Assembly: GCA_020137815.1 (NCBI GenBank)
Contig: CM035355.1
Location: 6,572,001-6,636,000 of the forward strand
Source of the DNA: Hormiphora californensis
Lineage: Eukaryota; Animalia; Ctenophora
DNA: 64,000 nucleotides
Direction: 5' to 3'
This document shows, piece by piece, positions 22,201 through 33,912 of the stretch. The translations under genes and the position numbers were made by a program. Numbering within the stretch: the first letter of the stretch is position 1; every line of letters begins with the position of its first letter. The notes beneath the pieces were generated by a model. It saw nothing but the letters and a program-made list of their open reading frames with translations. It was not told the origin of the DNA and searched no databases.

Positions 22201-23473
22201 ATACTCATCCTCGTCTAAACGGCTTGATTTCTCCTCAAAAATGGCGGAAAGTTTCTCCAAACACCCTGATTTGTGAGCCTGGATGTTCACCAGCAGAGAA
22301 CTGGACCATGTACAGTAGGGGCAGTGATAGTGCTTGAGAGTCAGGCCCCGGTTCACCGCACACCCCTTCCACTCACCCGTACACTCGATAATCCGATGAT
22401 CAAAAGGCTCTTCGACGACCATCGTAGGGGGATAGTTCTGAGGCATCAAGGTAGCACCAGATGGAACAATCTCTGTCACCAGCTCCTCTGTCTGGCCAAA
22501 CATCTGAACAGTTCCCAGGCGGTGTTTATTATGTTGCTGACACACTACGTAGTGAGCTTTGACAATGCTCAACCTGCACTCACTGAACTCCTTGCAGTTT
22601 GGACAATGGTAGTGCAGGATAGGGGCCATGATGGTCTTGTTTCCCTGGACCTTCTCCTCTGCACAGCAGGAGTGGTCGAGTGCGTAACACTTGGGAATGA
22701 AAATGTCATTGTTGATGGCGTTACAGTGGAGATGATTGATATGATCGATGACACCCTCCCGTTTAATCCCACAAAACTCACACGCCGGACAATGGTAATG
22801 TTCCTGGATTTCATTCTTGATGTCGATCCTCTTCATGCACTGCTTTTTCCGGCACACCTGGAGATCAATAACCAGAGAGTCGTCCTCCACCGTAGTCATG
22901 ACAACAGGATACTCCCCACTGGAGTGGCCCTCGTCTGACTCAATTAGATCCTGCTCAAAGCACCTGGACCGGTGTTTCTCAATTTCATCCACCTCGGTGG
23001 TCGTCCACTCGCACGTGTCACAGTGGTAGTGAAACTTGGTTTCGTCGTACTGATGCCGGCATGCCAACTCCGAACACACCGGGTAAAGATCCAACCGAGT
23101 GGCCAGGTTCTCACAGGTGAATATATGGTTTTTCATCGCCTGTCAGACGGGAATTCACGTGCATGCAGTCAGGGTAACCCGCACAGTGATAATGTTTCTG
23201 TCCCATGGTCTTCTTGGCCCGTTCCTGGCCCGCCACACAGTACGCCTGGGATTTGGAGCATATCAAGTAGGATTCCTCGGGGATAGTAGGTGGTTTCACG
23301 TTACATTCGTTTACGTGTTGTCGGGCATGCTCGTGTTCGAAGGATACAAAGCTGCATTTGACGGAAATGGGGCAGTGGTAATGAGGTGTGGCGTCCGTTT
23401 TGAGGCAGAGTGGAAGAACGCCATAACATTTGGGAAAGTAGCCTTCGGCCTCCATTTGAGATCGGGCCATCAT
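19226..23473 (-). CDS. Zinc-module family protein C (~1410 aa, 15 HxHC repeats plus SWIM-like C-terminus), interrupted by ~9 +1 frame changes
   Basis: ORFs 23111..23473, 20839..23136, 20421..20825, an unlisted frame at ~20313-20425, 20092..20424, 19947..20153 and 19324..19935 join into one continuous repeat protein. No introns are apparent at the joins. Confidence 0.75.
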
Positions 23474-24111
23474 CTTTGGATCATTCTTTCCTACAGTAGG
23501 GAGAGGGGAGGGGAGTTAGTAAGGGGTGGTGAATGGGGGCTTTGGATCATTCGTTCCTACAGTAGGGAGAGGGGAGGGGAGTTAGTAAGGCGTGGAGAAT
23601 GGGGGATTTAGTTGAGATTAGTCGAGGGGGTGTTTGATAAAAAGAGGGAGGTATGATAACCAAAGGGGTTGGATAACTAATAGGGCTGAAATGGTAGCTG
23701 GGTAATTATGGACCGTGGTCCGTGGACGTAAAGGTAAAACCTTTGATTCAGACCAATGACCATGGCACAAGGGTAAGTAAGATTTAGATTATAGCGCAAA
23801 GTTAGCGTATCACTATTTTAGTAATGTTTGGGTGAAGGCAAGGGAAATAAATAAGTAGCTCAAAAAGCTAAGTATTGAGGATAGACGAAGAAAGAAAGTA
23901 AAACGAAAAGGACTGTAAATTAAATGTAAGTCATGAAAAATGATCAAACATAATAAACTTGGGAAATAAAGTTTGAAAAAGGAAAAAGTGCTTCAAACAG
24001 CACCATGAGGCCCAATGAACCAAACTCTAATTACCATTTTCTGCAAAACGAAAATAAATAAATGTTTGAATGTAGTTATAGATAAGTTTTTAGCAAGTCT
24101 GAACCTCCTTT

Positions 24112-25317
24112 TTACTTCTTTTTCTCCGACTTGAAGTCTACCCTCAAGGTCCTCCCATTGAGAGTTGATCCATTCATCGCGTGGACAGCGTTAGCGGCGT
24201 CTCCGTAGATGTTGAAGTTAACAAATCCAAACCAGTGGTCTGTTGCTTCAGATTTAACGTTGTTCATCGCCTTGACGCTGGTTATTGCCCCAAAGGGAGA
24301 AAACAGTTGGTAGAGTAAACAGTTCTTACAGGAGGTCTCCGGGAGATTGGCTACGTAGAGGCAGAATGAGCCAGGTGTAGCAGCCGCAGCCCCGGATGCA
24401 GGGGGTGGAGCAGGGGCGGCAACTGGTGCAGGGTGGGGGTAACTAGCTCCGTACATGGATCCATAACCTGCAGGGGGTGGATGTCCGCCCTGGGCTGGAG
24501 CAGAGCGGGTGTAGTCGTGTGGAGGGCCGGCTGGAGGCGGGTAGGCACCATACCCCGGGTTTGCAGAAGGGATAAGATCCGGGGTGACCGTAGGGGATTC
24601 GTCTGGGCAGGGGGAGGGGCTGACATGGCTGGAATAGGTGCAGCTGCAGCTGCAGAAGCAGTAGTGGATGTCTTTGCATAGGGACTAAAACGCTGATCGT
24701 GATATGAGACCACTCCACCTCCACCAACTTTCGTTTTCAGTGTAAGTCCAGAATCGGCTTTCTTGCCAGAGTCAGCGATTTTAACGATTAAAGGAAGTGT
24801 CCCCCCTTCAGGAACTTTACCGTCCAAATTCAAGATCGCAGCCGATGCCTCCTTTGATGTTCCATATTTGACGAAACCAGCTCCTCGACTCTCTCCCGAG
24901 CTCTCCCGAAGAATTTTCACGTGTTTGAGAGGTCCGTGTTGTGAGAACAGCTCCCCAAGATCAGGCTCCTTCCATTGTTTTGGTATCCCCGCAATGTAGA
25001 CATTCACATCGTCCACAACTGTTTTAGTGTAGACCTTGCTCCCGTCCAGCGGTGTAGAGTACGCCACCCTCAGCGTCTTCCCATCCATCTTCACTCTGTT
25101 ATATTTATCAATTGCTTTTTGGGAGCTCTCTTCATCGATATACTTGATAAAACCGTAACCCTTTGATTCGTTAGTAGCAAAGTTCATCACCAAGTGGCAA
25201 TTCTCCATGGCACCAAACTCGCTGAACATCTCTTTGAACTGGTCCTTGTCCACTGTGGCCGGGAGGTAGTTGACCATCAGGCATTTCCTCTGGATCGACT
25301 GTCAGTTGGTCCGCCAT
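24112..25317 (-). CDS. ELAV/Hu-like three-RRM protein (~400 aa), intronless, three +1 frame changes
   Basis: LMVNYLP, SKGYGFIKY, LRVAYS, VYIAGIP, SRGAGFVKY, PLIVKIAD, RRM3 LYVANL..LYQLFSPFGAI..FGFVNF..LRVDFK. Confidence 0.85.
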
Positions 25318-25619
25318 CTCACCAATCTGATAGAGCTAAACTAAATTGGGAAAGGGAAGAAGTTACAAACTCGAGTAAAGAAACAAAGTAACTGCAATCA
25401 TTAAAACGTATAATAGCATAAAAAAACTATAATATTTGTCGTAAGGATTTGTGGTGGTCGAGAGAGTAAAAACGCTTTTTCACACAAATAAACCTATTAA
25501 ATGATCAACAAAATATAAGATGTGTACTTGTCTGCCATTTTAAATTATATTGGTTAAAAAGTGATTTTTCTAGGAATTGAACCTTTTCGTATTCGTGTGT
25601 ATGTGCCAATTCTCACAAC

Positions 25620-26972
25620 TCACAAGTTATAATTATCTCCATAGCTATGGAACGCATTGTTTTTCTGTTTCATTCTGTCCCATTTACTGGCCTTGTAAAC
25701 AACTTTCAGGACCTGTCCATCGAGAGTGCTCTTGTGTAGCGTGTTCACTGCCATGTCAGCTCCGGCCTGGTTGACATAGTTAACAAACCCAAACCAACTC
25801 CCGGGGGTATAGTTATGATCTTTGTTGGTATTATTGGGCTCCATCGCCTTCACCGAGGCTATCGCTCCGTAAGGTGAGAACAACTGGTAGAGTAGGCACT
25901 GTTTACATGAGGTCTCGGGAAGATTTCCAACGTAGATTCCAACTGGATACGGATCATCTTCGATTGCAGCGGTGTTAGGGGTAAAAGAGTGGGAGGCACC
26001 TCCGTGAACGTCTATAGTACTCATTGGGGGTATGGTGGGTATAATTGGTGCTACGGCGCTACTCGAGTTTTTATTATAGGGATGAGCTCGACTATTCAAG
26101 ACCGCCCTAAGGTCGTTCTTCTCGATTATTTTCCCGTGATGACTGGGCTCCTCGCCGCCTCGAGAGAAGGGATCAGTAAGTGAGCAGGAGAGCCTCATAA
26201 GAGTGTTGTCCAACTGTCGGCCGTCCATTTTGGATGCCGCATCTGCTGCAGCTTCCAGTGAGTGCATTATAACCTTCCCTCGGCCTGTGGGCAGTTCCGC
26301 ATGGTCTTTGAAAATTTTCGTATCGCAAACCGTCCCGAATTCGGAGAATATTTGATGTAAGTTGTGCTCCTTCACGGAGGCAGGTATACTGGAAAGCCAA
26401 ACTGGTGTCATTTCGTGGTTGGTTACTACAGGTATTATCGGTGCTGCCACCTGAACATCAGTGTTATATCGGTGATGTGATCTGTCATCATATGATCTAT
26501 CATCATCAAATCGTGACTGTCTCGTACTGCTACTATTCTCATTATACCGGGGCGGGTGCTCTTCCACTATTCGAGGGGGACTTCTCCTGATTGGTTCTTG
26601 CCAGCTGGTATTCCGGGGTGGTGAGGCTCTTTTGTAGGGAGAAGTATCGGTGTGTATTAGGTGATATGAGTTTCCTCTCCGTGAGTCTACGGCAGCTGCA
26701 GCAGGAGCTGCTCCTAGTAGGGCATTTTGAGGAAAGCTTTGATTGGATAAGGAAACGTTAATCTTCGAAGGTCCAAAGAACCGGCCATTGAGGTTCAGGG
26801 CACGTCGGGCATCGTCAGGGTGGTAGTATTCAACGAACGCGTAGTATGGGAATCCAGATTGTATTATAGTCGTCCTGGCAACCTCCCCAGCAACAGAAAA
26901 GAGATCAGCGAGATCCCTATCTGTGGCCGTGTGGGTTATGTTAGTTACTTGTAGTACACACCTATTGGCCAT
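25620..26972 (-). CDS. Divergent three-RRM ELAV-related protein, intact 450-aa ORF
   Basis: RRM1 YAFVEY, RRM2 TGRGKVIM, and RRM3 IYVGNLPETSCKQCLLYQLFSPYGAI, nearly identical to the neighbour's RRM3. Confidence 0.85.
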   Translation of the reverse strand: MANRCVLQVTNITHTATDRDLADLFSVAGEVARTTIIQSGFPYYAFVEYYHPDDARRALNLNGRFFGPSKINVSLSNQSFPQNALLGAAPAAAAVDSRRGNSYHLIHTDTSPYKRASPPRNTSWQEPIRRSPPRIVEEHPPRYNENSSSTRQSRFDDDRSYDDRSHHRYNTDVQVAAPIIPVVTNHEMTPVWLSSIPASVKEHNLHQIFSEFGTVCDTKIFKDHAELPTGRGKVIMHSLEAAADAASKMDGRQLDNTLMRLSCSLTDPFSRGGEEPSHHGKIIEKNDLRAVLNSRAHPYNKNSSSAVAPIIPTIPPMSTIDVHGGASHSFTPNTAAIEDDPYPVGIYVGNLPETSCKQCLLYQLFSPYGAIASVKAMEPNNTNKDHNYTPGSWFGFVNYVNQAGADMAVNTLHKSTLDGQVLKVVYKASKWDRMKQKNNAFHSYGDNYNL

Positions 26973-27371
26973 AGCGAGCTATATAGGGAAGGGTAGTTAG
27001 TGGAGGGGGTAAAAAGAGGGGGCGATGATATTCCTTGTGACAGGTAGACTCACAGAAAGAAACAAAGAGGGAGAAATAGAGATAGGCAAGGTTTTTTTGG
27101 AGTAAAAATCAAGTGATCCTTCCTGAGTAATATCATCGCGATGTCATCTCATTTGACGGTTATACATAAATTAACAATAAATTAAGATATTAATAAGTTA
27201 AGATACACACACACAGGATAAGAAGCTGTACGCTCGTGAAAAATAAAACTAATAACGCTACCACAGAAAAAACAGACAAACGCACAAACTCTCTCCCTCA
27301 CACACACACGACGTAAGATAATACAGTCGGATATGCAATGTCTCCGCACAGGAACCGCACACCCACACAAA

Positions 27372-28896
27372 CTACCGAAACTCGGTCCTCTTCTGTGATT
27401 TGAAACTGACGTTTAAGATTCTGCCCGTGGCAAGCTCAAGGCCGTGTAAGAGCCGTACTGCCTCGTACGCACCATCATACTTGGCCATGTTAACAAAACC
27501 GTACCCACGGCACTTCTGAGAGTTAGTATCGACCATCGCACGAACAGATGTAATGGGTCCGAAGGGTGAAAAGAGCCGGTAAAGGGTTACATCGGAGTCA
27601 CTCTCATCAAGGTTACAGACGTACAGACCCCAACCTGGAACAGGGGGTGTGAGATTTACGCACAATCACAGTGTGAGAATTAGACACACGATCACAGGGT
27701 GAAGATTACACACACGATCACAGTGTGAGAATTAGACACGATCATACCGGAATCAATGATCACACCGACGAAAAAAACATACTGAAGAACACACACCGAC
27801 AACCAAACCAACAAACAGACCGACAAGGAAACCTACCGTGAGTGGGATGGAAACAGTTATCGACCATGTCAGGAGAGGGGTTTGGCACGGGGCCAGAATC
27901 TGCAGGAAGCCGACCTCCAGCAACCACCATCGGACTGTACCTTGGACTGTGTAGTGGGTATGTTATAATGCGTGGGGTCGTAAGTACCAAACATTTGATT
28001 ACCCTTAACAAACCTATCATCACTCTTTTTTTTAAATTCTAAATTCTCACATACCTGTTTCCCTGTGGTGTTCGGTTTCTAATGGTTCCATTTGGAGATC
28101 CCACGGGAGAACGAGGACCATTCGGACCAGCTGAAAGAGTACAAATTGGGGTTACAATTCTGAAGACTGCATGATTGTGTCATTGCATGAAACAAAACAT
28201 CTCGTCTTTTCTTCGATAAGTTTGGGCTACATGGGAGTAGTGGCCTCATGTGAGTGGGGCATTGTAAACAGATAACTTTGCTAAATGGTGGAGAAATGAT
28301 GTGTGACCACATGTGAGTTGAGTGAGAGAATGAGCATCACGCCTTACAATTTACACACTCTCATTGAATTGTTTACAAAAATTCATCGTCGGACCCCGAT
28401 TTTGAGGTAAAGGATTTTTCCCGGTAAATCGGGGTCCGATTGTACTTTATTCGAAGTTACTTACATTTCAGTGCGAATTTGACCTGTATGGGGTTTCCCG
28501 GATCGAACACACAAGAGCCATTGATTGAGCTGAGTGCTCGCTCTGCTGATGGCCGGTCACCAAACTTCACCAACCCACATGTATCTGGCCTTCCTAGGTT
28601 GGGATAAATTGTGTGTTAGACCTAGCCAGAGTCAAAGAAACCATGTTGGTATGTTTGTGGTGTTAGCAGTGGCCGGTGCTGTTATCACTAAGTGTAGGGT
28701 CCCAAACAGGGGTTCACAACCATGACAACCACACTTATCAAATCAATGTTGGTTACATACCTGCATCTCGCAAGATCCTAACAGACAGGACCTCTCCAAA
28801 TGGGCTAAAGAAGTCCATGAGCTGGTACTCGTTGAAGTTCAAGGGTAACTTTGACACATACAGATTTGTCTCTTCCCCCGTTCCCCCGTCTTCCAT
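27372..28896 (-). CDS. ELAV-like RRM protein, 5 exons (two RRMs seen; start uncertain)
   Basis: Exons ~28916-28761 (TNLYVSKLP..FSPFGEVLSVRILRD), ~28592-28464, ~28130-28054, ~27940-27834 and ~27633-27372 (GWGLYVCNL..LYRLFSPFG..KCRGYGFVNM..LNVSFK). GT-AG borders. Confidence 0.8.
28386..28445. mobile_element. Short relic of the gtcggaccccgattta MITE family
   Basis: Inverted termini gtcggaccccgattt / aaatcggggtccga, same as 44242-44413. Confidence 0.65.
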
Positions 28897-30630
28897 TACG
28901 ACCGGAATCTTGGCGTCTAGATAGAGGTAAAGGTGATGGGTAACTGATATAGAACAAGGTGTTCAATGTTTGGAGAAAGGAGGATTGTGGAAGGGGACTG
29001 TGTTTGGAGAAGAGTGGAAGGGGACTACCATGTAAAGACATATTTATGAACGGTGAAAAGTAAAGGGGGGGGGGGGGTTGTCGAACGAGTCTGAGACAGT
29101 TTCAAGTAAAACGCAGTGCCTTTTTAGAACTTGATTATTGTATAATGTATAGGTATAATATAGTGTGTAAAGATATGTGTATAGGTATACGCGGAGGGCA
29201 CCATGAAGATCCAATCAATATGTTTTACAAATGCTCTCTCACTCAGTTCTTGACATAACCAGTCAAATAAAGGGAAATAGTTTACAGCCGAGCTAGCATG
29301 ATAATATTGCTGTGTATATACACTCTTTAAGGGAAAAAAACGTTAAAGTAGGCCAAAACACACATTTGCTGCTGGGTCGAAAAACCAGGTGCAAAGATAG
29401 CCTGAGTCAACTTCAATAACAAACACTCACTTCTTCAAAAAATAGGAAAAAATCGTGTGATAAAAATACATAAGGATCTTTAAGAGTTGCCCTCCTAATA
29501 TATTGGATATTTTTTGTATATTTTTAATATTTTAATATTGGTATTCATAACATATCTTTTGACCCTGTCTTGGTCCACTTTGTAAAAGGTCTCTCACTCA
29601 ATCTCTATCTCAGTCACTAGCATTTTCTCTTTTTTCTCTGGCTCTCTCAGAGAGCCTCTCTGTCTCAAACTTCTCTAGATCTCACATTTCTCTAACTCGG
29701 AAATGTCGCATGCAAATCATGTACTCAACTAAAAGGGAAGCAAATCAACAAAATTCCAACCTGTTTTCCAAAAAGGTGAACGGTAACTGCTGTGTTTGCC
29801 GAAAAAGCAACGCATAGATCAAGCAACTCATTCACATTTTCAACAGGATTGAATTTCTCATCTCATTCGAGTTAAAGGAACACAATATTTATATTGTATA
29901 CTTGTATAATATGTGTAAAGTTATAGTATAGTGGTATAAGTCTATAATATGTATGTATGTGTGGTATAGCAAAATAAAATAAGAAAACTATTTAGGACCA
30001 AGAAAACCATATGATAACTATTACTATTTCTTATTATGTGTATGATAATATGTGTATTTTTATGTCAAATCCAGCGAAAAGGGCAAGAAGCCCAATTTCA
30101 ATCGGAAGATCTAACACCTCGGGATCGGAAATCCCTCAATCACAGCTCAGAGAAATGTCCCAGCCCCAATTACTGCTCCCGTCCACGCCAAGAAATATGG
30201 ATATAATGAAGTTTCTGACGTGGATAACAGTGGCATATATTCTGGCTGTGGACACGAACCCTCGCAACGTCTAAAAGAGACGACAAAATACAATTTAAAA
30301 TTAAAAATGCTAAAAAAGTAAAAAGGTGTTAAGTCGAACAAATTAGATCACCGGGATGGCCTCTGAGGTGCAAAATATAACAAATCTTATTTTCCGAGAA
30401 CAAAACATCATTTTTTCTTCTTCAAAAAAACTTGCCAAATAGAAACTGTGGAAACTGCAAAATAGTTACACACACACACATACAAGGGGAAACATTGGAA
30501 AGAAAACAACAGGTAAACCTTGAAATTTCTAATACAAATTTTAAATTCATGCAGTAGAGAACTCTAATAGGATGAATTTTCAGGAAGATCGAAATCTCAA
30601 TTGAGAGAAAAAATGATTTCAGTTATCAAA

Positions 30631-30638
30631 CTCTCTCT

Positions 30639-30697
<59 letters not shown>

Positions 30698-30777
30698 TCT
30701 AGCTCTCGCTCTCTCTATCTCTGTCTCTGTCTCTGTCTCTTTTTCTCACTCTCTCTTTCTCTGTCTCTTCTCTGTCT
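30631..30777. repeat. (CT)n microsatellite
   Basis: Direct inspection. Confidence 0.9.
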
Positions 30778-31067
30778 TGAAACACTGTAAACATAACAAC
30801 ACTGCGTCTCCTTGCAATCGTCGAAAACCAAAACTAGAAATCAAACAAAAGGCACCTGCACAAACGACACATTACACACTCTCATACACACATGTGACAC
30901 ACTCTCACATACACAAAATGGTGTGTATGTGAAGGTAGCAATGTGGATTATAAAAAACCTCGTAAAAAAACTACAAAACCCTCTTTCACTCTCACTTTCT
31001 CTCACACCGGGTCACACTAAACAGCTAACTCCATTATTCAACTCCAGATATCTAATATATCGCCACA

Positions 31068-32116
31068 CTACTGGCGAGTTTTCATAGAGCTCTTCTTAAA
31101 TTCAACTTGAATCACATTTCCGTGAACGGTAGCTCCGTTCAGTGCCTTGATCGCTAGTGCAGCCTCTTCATATTGTGGCATGTTGATGAAAGCGATCCCC
31201 TTGCAGGTTCCATCGGTGTGCTCCATACACTTGATGCTGCTGATCGCACCGAATGGGGCCACCAACTTGTACAAACCGTGCTCATTCATATTAGGAGACA
31301 GATTGCACAAGTACAGACACCATCCTTGGAGCGGTGAGTAGGCAGACCGGGCTATTTCTTGTAGCTGCGGGGGGATGTTGTTTTGGACGGCAGCAAATTG
31401 ACCCGCCAGCGGGTGGTCCCGAGAGAATATCAGGGTACGGTGGGCACCAGAGGGATGGCTAGCGAGCAAGGGAAGGTAACTCTGGGGTAGCTGTGGGTAA
31501 CTTCCATTCTCCCGAGCTGGAGAGTAAACGTGAGCCGGTGCTGTTTCCGTCTTTTTGTACTTGTCCGAGGGTTTATCAGCCATCTTTACAACCAAAGGAA
31601 GGCTCCCACCAGCGGGGACCTTCCCGTTTAGACCCTCGATTGCTTTCACTGCTTCCTCGTTGGTGTCGAAACCTACAAAATGCAATACCTCGACTCTGGT
31701 TGTGGGCATCCAAGAGGAGTTTGTAGGAGATAATCCGACCGTAATCCTGACACATCTTGGTAATATCCCCCTCCGACATGTTGGTTGGGAAGTTAGCTAT
31801 GTAAATGTTGGTATTCTTGATCTTCTCAGAGGGTGGCCTGGCGTAGTTGACCCGCATAACTTTGTCACCGAGCGGTAGACCGTCAAACTCTTGCACAGCT
31901 CGATCAGCAGGTTCCTGTGTCACAATACTTAGCAAACGCATAACCCATGCTTCTCTGAGTCATCTTGTCCCTAATAATCCGCACGTACTCAACGGAACCG
32001 AGCGAGGAGAATAAATCTTTCAGATATTGTTCATCAATGTCGGGTGGCAGATAATTTAAGATTAAATTTTTCCGTTGTTCCGGTGTCAGATCGGGGTGGT
32101 CGAGGAGATTAGTCAT
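31068..32116 (-). CDS. ELAV/Hu-like three-RRM protein (~348 aa), intronless, two +1 frame changes
   Basis: NLILNYLP..SMGYAFAKY | ..MRVNYARPPSEKIKNTNIYIANFP..SRGIAFCRF | DTNEEAVKAIEGLNG..PLVVKMAD..GWCLYLCNL..CKGIAFINM..IQVEFK, spread over ORFs 31904..32152, 31576..31941 and 31068..31709. Confidence 0.88.
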
Positions 32117-32724
32117 CCTGGGGAAATTGATTACTGTGAGAGATTCTAACATTTGTGATTCTTAGATATTATGTATTGGAGGGCGTTGGGACAGTAAGTA
32201 GTTCAACAGAAAACTTCATTGGCAAATGGACAGACTCAAATCCCAAGTATTTTCTAGGTGTTTGGATTTTCGGGTAATTATTGCTAACCCCTCCATATGG
32301 GGAACAGGGAAGTAATTCCAATTGGGGTTGAAAAGGGGGATTTTAAGGTGACCTGGGCGCCGCCCAGTGGGCGGTGAGCACTGTCGGTCGCGTTGAAAAG
32401 TGTAAACGCAAACTCTTTTTCTCAAACGCGGATTTTAACGTTTTTAGTTTTTTAAAGTCCGTTTCAAGCGACTTGACCCGTAATTCTTGGAATTTGGCGC
32501 ATTGCGCGTGTATTTACAAAGGGGAAATCCTGAATTTCCAGGAATCTCAGGTCAAGTCGCTTGAAACGCACTTTAAAATTTGGAAGCAACATAAACGAGC
32601 GCGGCGCGGCGGATGAGTTTGTGCGGCGCGCGTTAAAAGCAGCGTATACTTTTTTATCGCGCGTTACAACAACTTTTAAACACATTCGAAGTTATATTTT
32701 TACACGCGAACGTTAAAATCAGAA

Positions 32725-33912
32725 ATCTGGGCCAGCGTTAAAATCTGGGTGTTTTGGGAGTGCTGACAAACGGTTTTTAGGGTTAGGGCTAAAGTAGGGT
32801 TAGGGTTAGGGTTGGGGTTTGGGTTGGGGTTAGGCCTTGACATTCCCTAAAGTCCATTTTTTTTCAACTGTTCACCCCCCAAAGTCGTGCGCGGAATTGT
32901 TTTGCGCGTTTATCACATGTTAAAGTCCATTTTTTTTCAACTGTTCACCCCCCAAAGTCGTGCGCGGAATTGTTTTGCGCGTTTATCATATGTTAACGTG
33001 TAGCGCGCGCAGCGTAAATTAAAATATCGCACGCGCACGAGTTGAGGGGTGAACAGTTGAATAAAAATGGACTTTAACGTGTAGCGCACGCAGCGTAAAT
33101 TTAAATATCGCACGCGCACGAGTTGAGGGGTGAACAGTTGTATTGAATAAAAATGGTTGAAAAGCGCTGCCTTATCCCGCGCTGCGCGTGGCGCAGAACA
33201 GGGGGCCAGCAACGTTTGCCAATAAAAATGGACTTTAAAGTCCATTTTTATTCAACTGTTCACCCCTCAACTCGTGCGCGTGCGATATTTTAATTTACGC
33301 TGCGCGCGCTACACGTTAACATGTGATAAACGCGCAAAACAATTCCGCGCACGACTTTGGGGGGTGAACAGTTGAAAAAAAATGGACATTACCAGATAAA
33401 CTTTGAGTCAGCCAAAACGGTTGAGTGGTTTGGCGGTTAGAGCCATTTTAGTGAATCAACTTTTTTGGCAGCGCGCACCTGTAAACAGGCCTCCAAACAC
33501 CCAGATCGTAACGGCGCCCAGAAATCTGGGTGACCAAGGCTTTGAAAAGCGCTGCCTTATCCCTATCGGGGGCCAGCGGCGTTTGCCAAGACCAAGTGCA
33601 AGGCCAGCGTTTGAAAAGCGCTGCCTTATCGCCGATTTTAACGCTGGCCCCCGATAATATCGGGGGCCAGCGTTCAAATCTGGGTGTTTCGTGAGTGCTG
33701 ACAAACGGTTTTTTAGGGTTAGGGCTAAAGTAGGGTTAGGGTTAGGGTTGAAGTTTGGGTTGTGGTTAGGCCTTGACATTTCCTACCAGATAAACTTTGA
33801 ATTAGCCAAAACGGTTGAGTGGTTTGGCGGTTAGAGCCATTTTAGTGAATCAACTTTTTTGACAGTGTGCACCTGTAAACAGGCCACCAAACACCCAGAT
33901 CGTAACGGAGCC
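32725..33912. repeat. Nested repeat complex: two copies of a unit with TTAGGG-like tracts, the first interrupted by a palindromic element
   Basis: 32725-32847 plus 33392-33512 matches ~33664-33910. The insert 32850-33389 is bounded by aagtccatttt...aaaatggacat with TA on both sides and has internal nested inverted copies. Confidence 0.75.

Noticed and set aside
19226-32116. Micro-introns as the explanation for the frame breaks
   Set aside because: Paralog alignment leaves room for only one extra base at the well-constrained sites, and there are no GT...AG pairs of suitable size.
32775-33772. Telomere or chromosome end
   Set aside because: Short, degenerate TTAGGG-like tracts embedded in a duplicated interspersed repeat.
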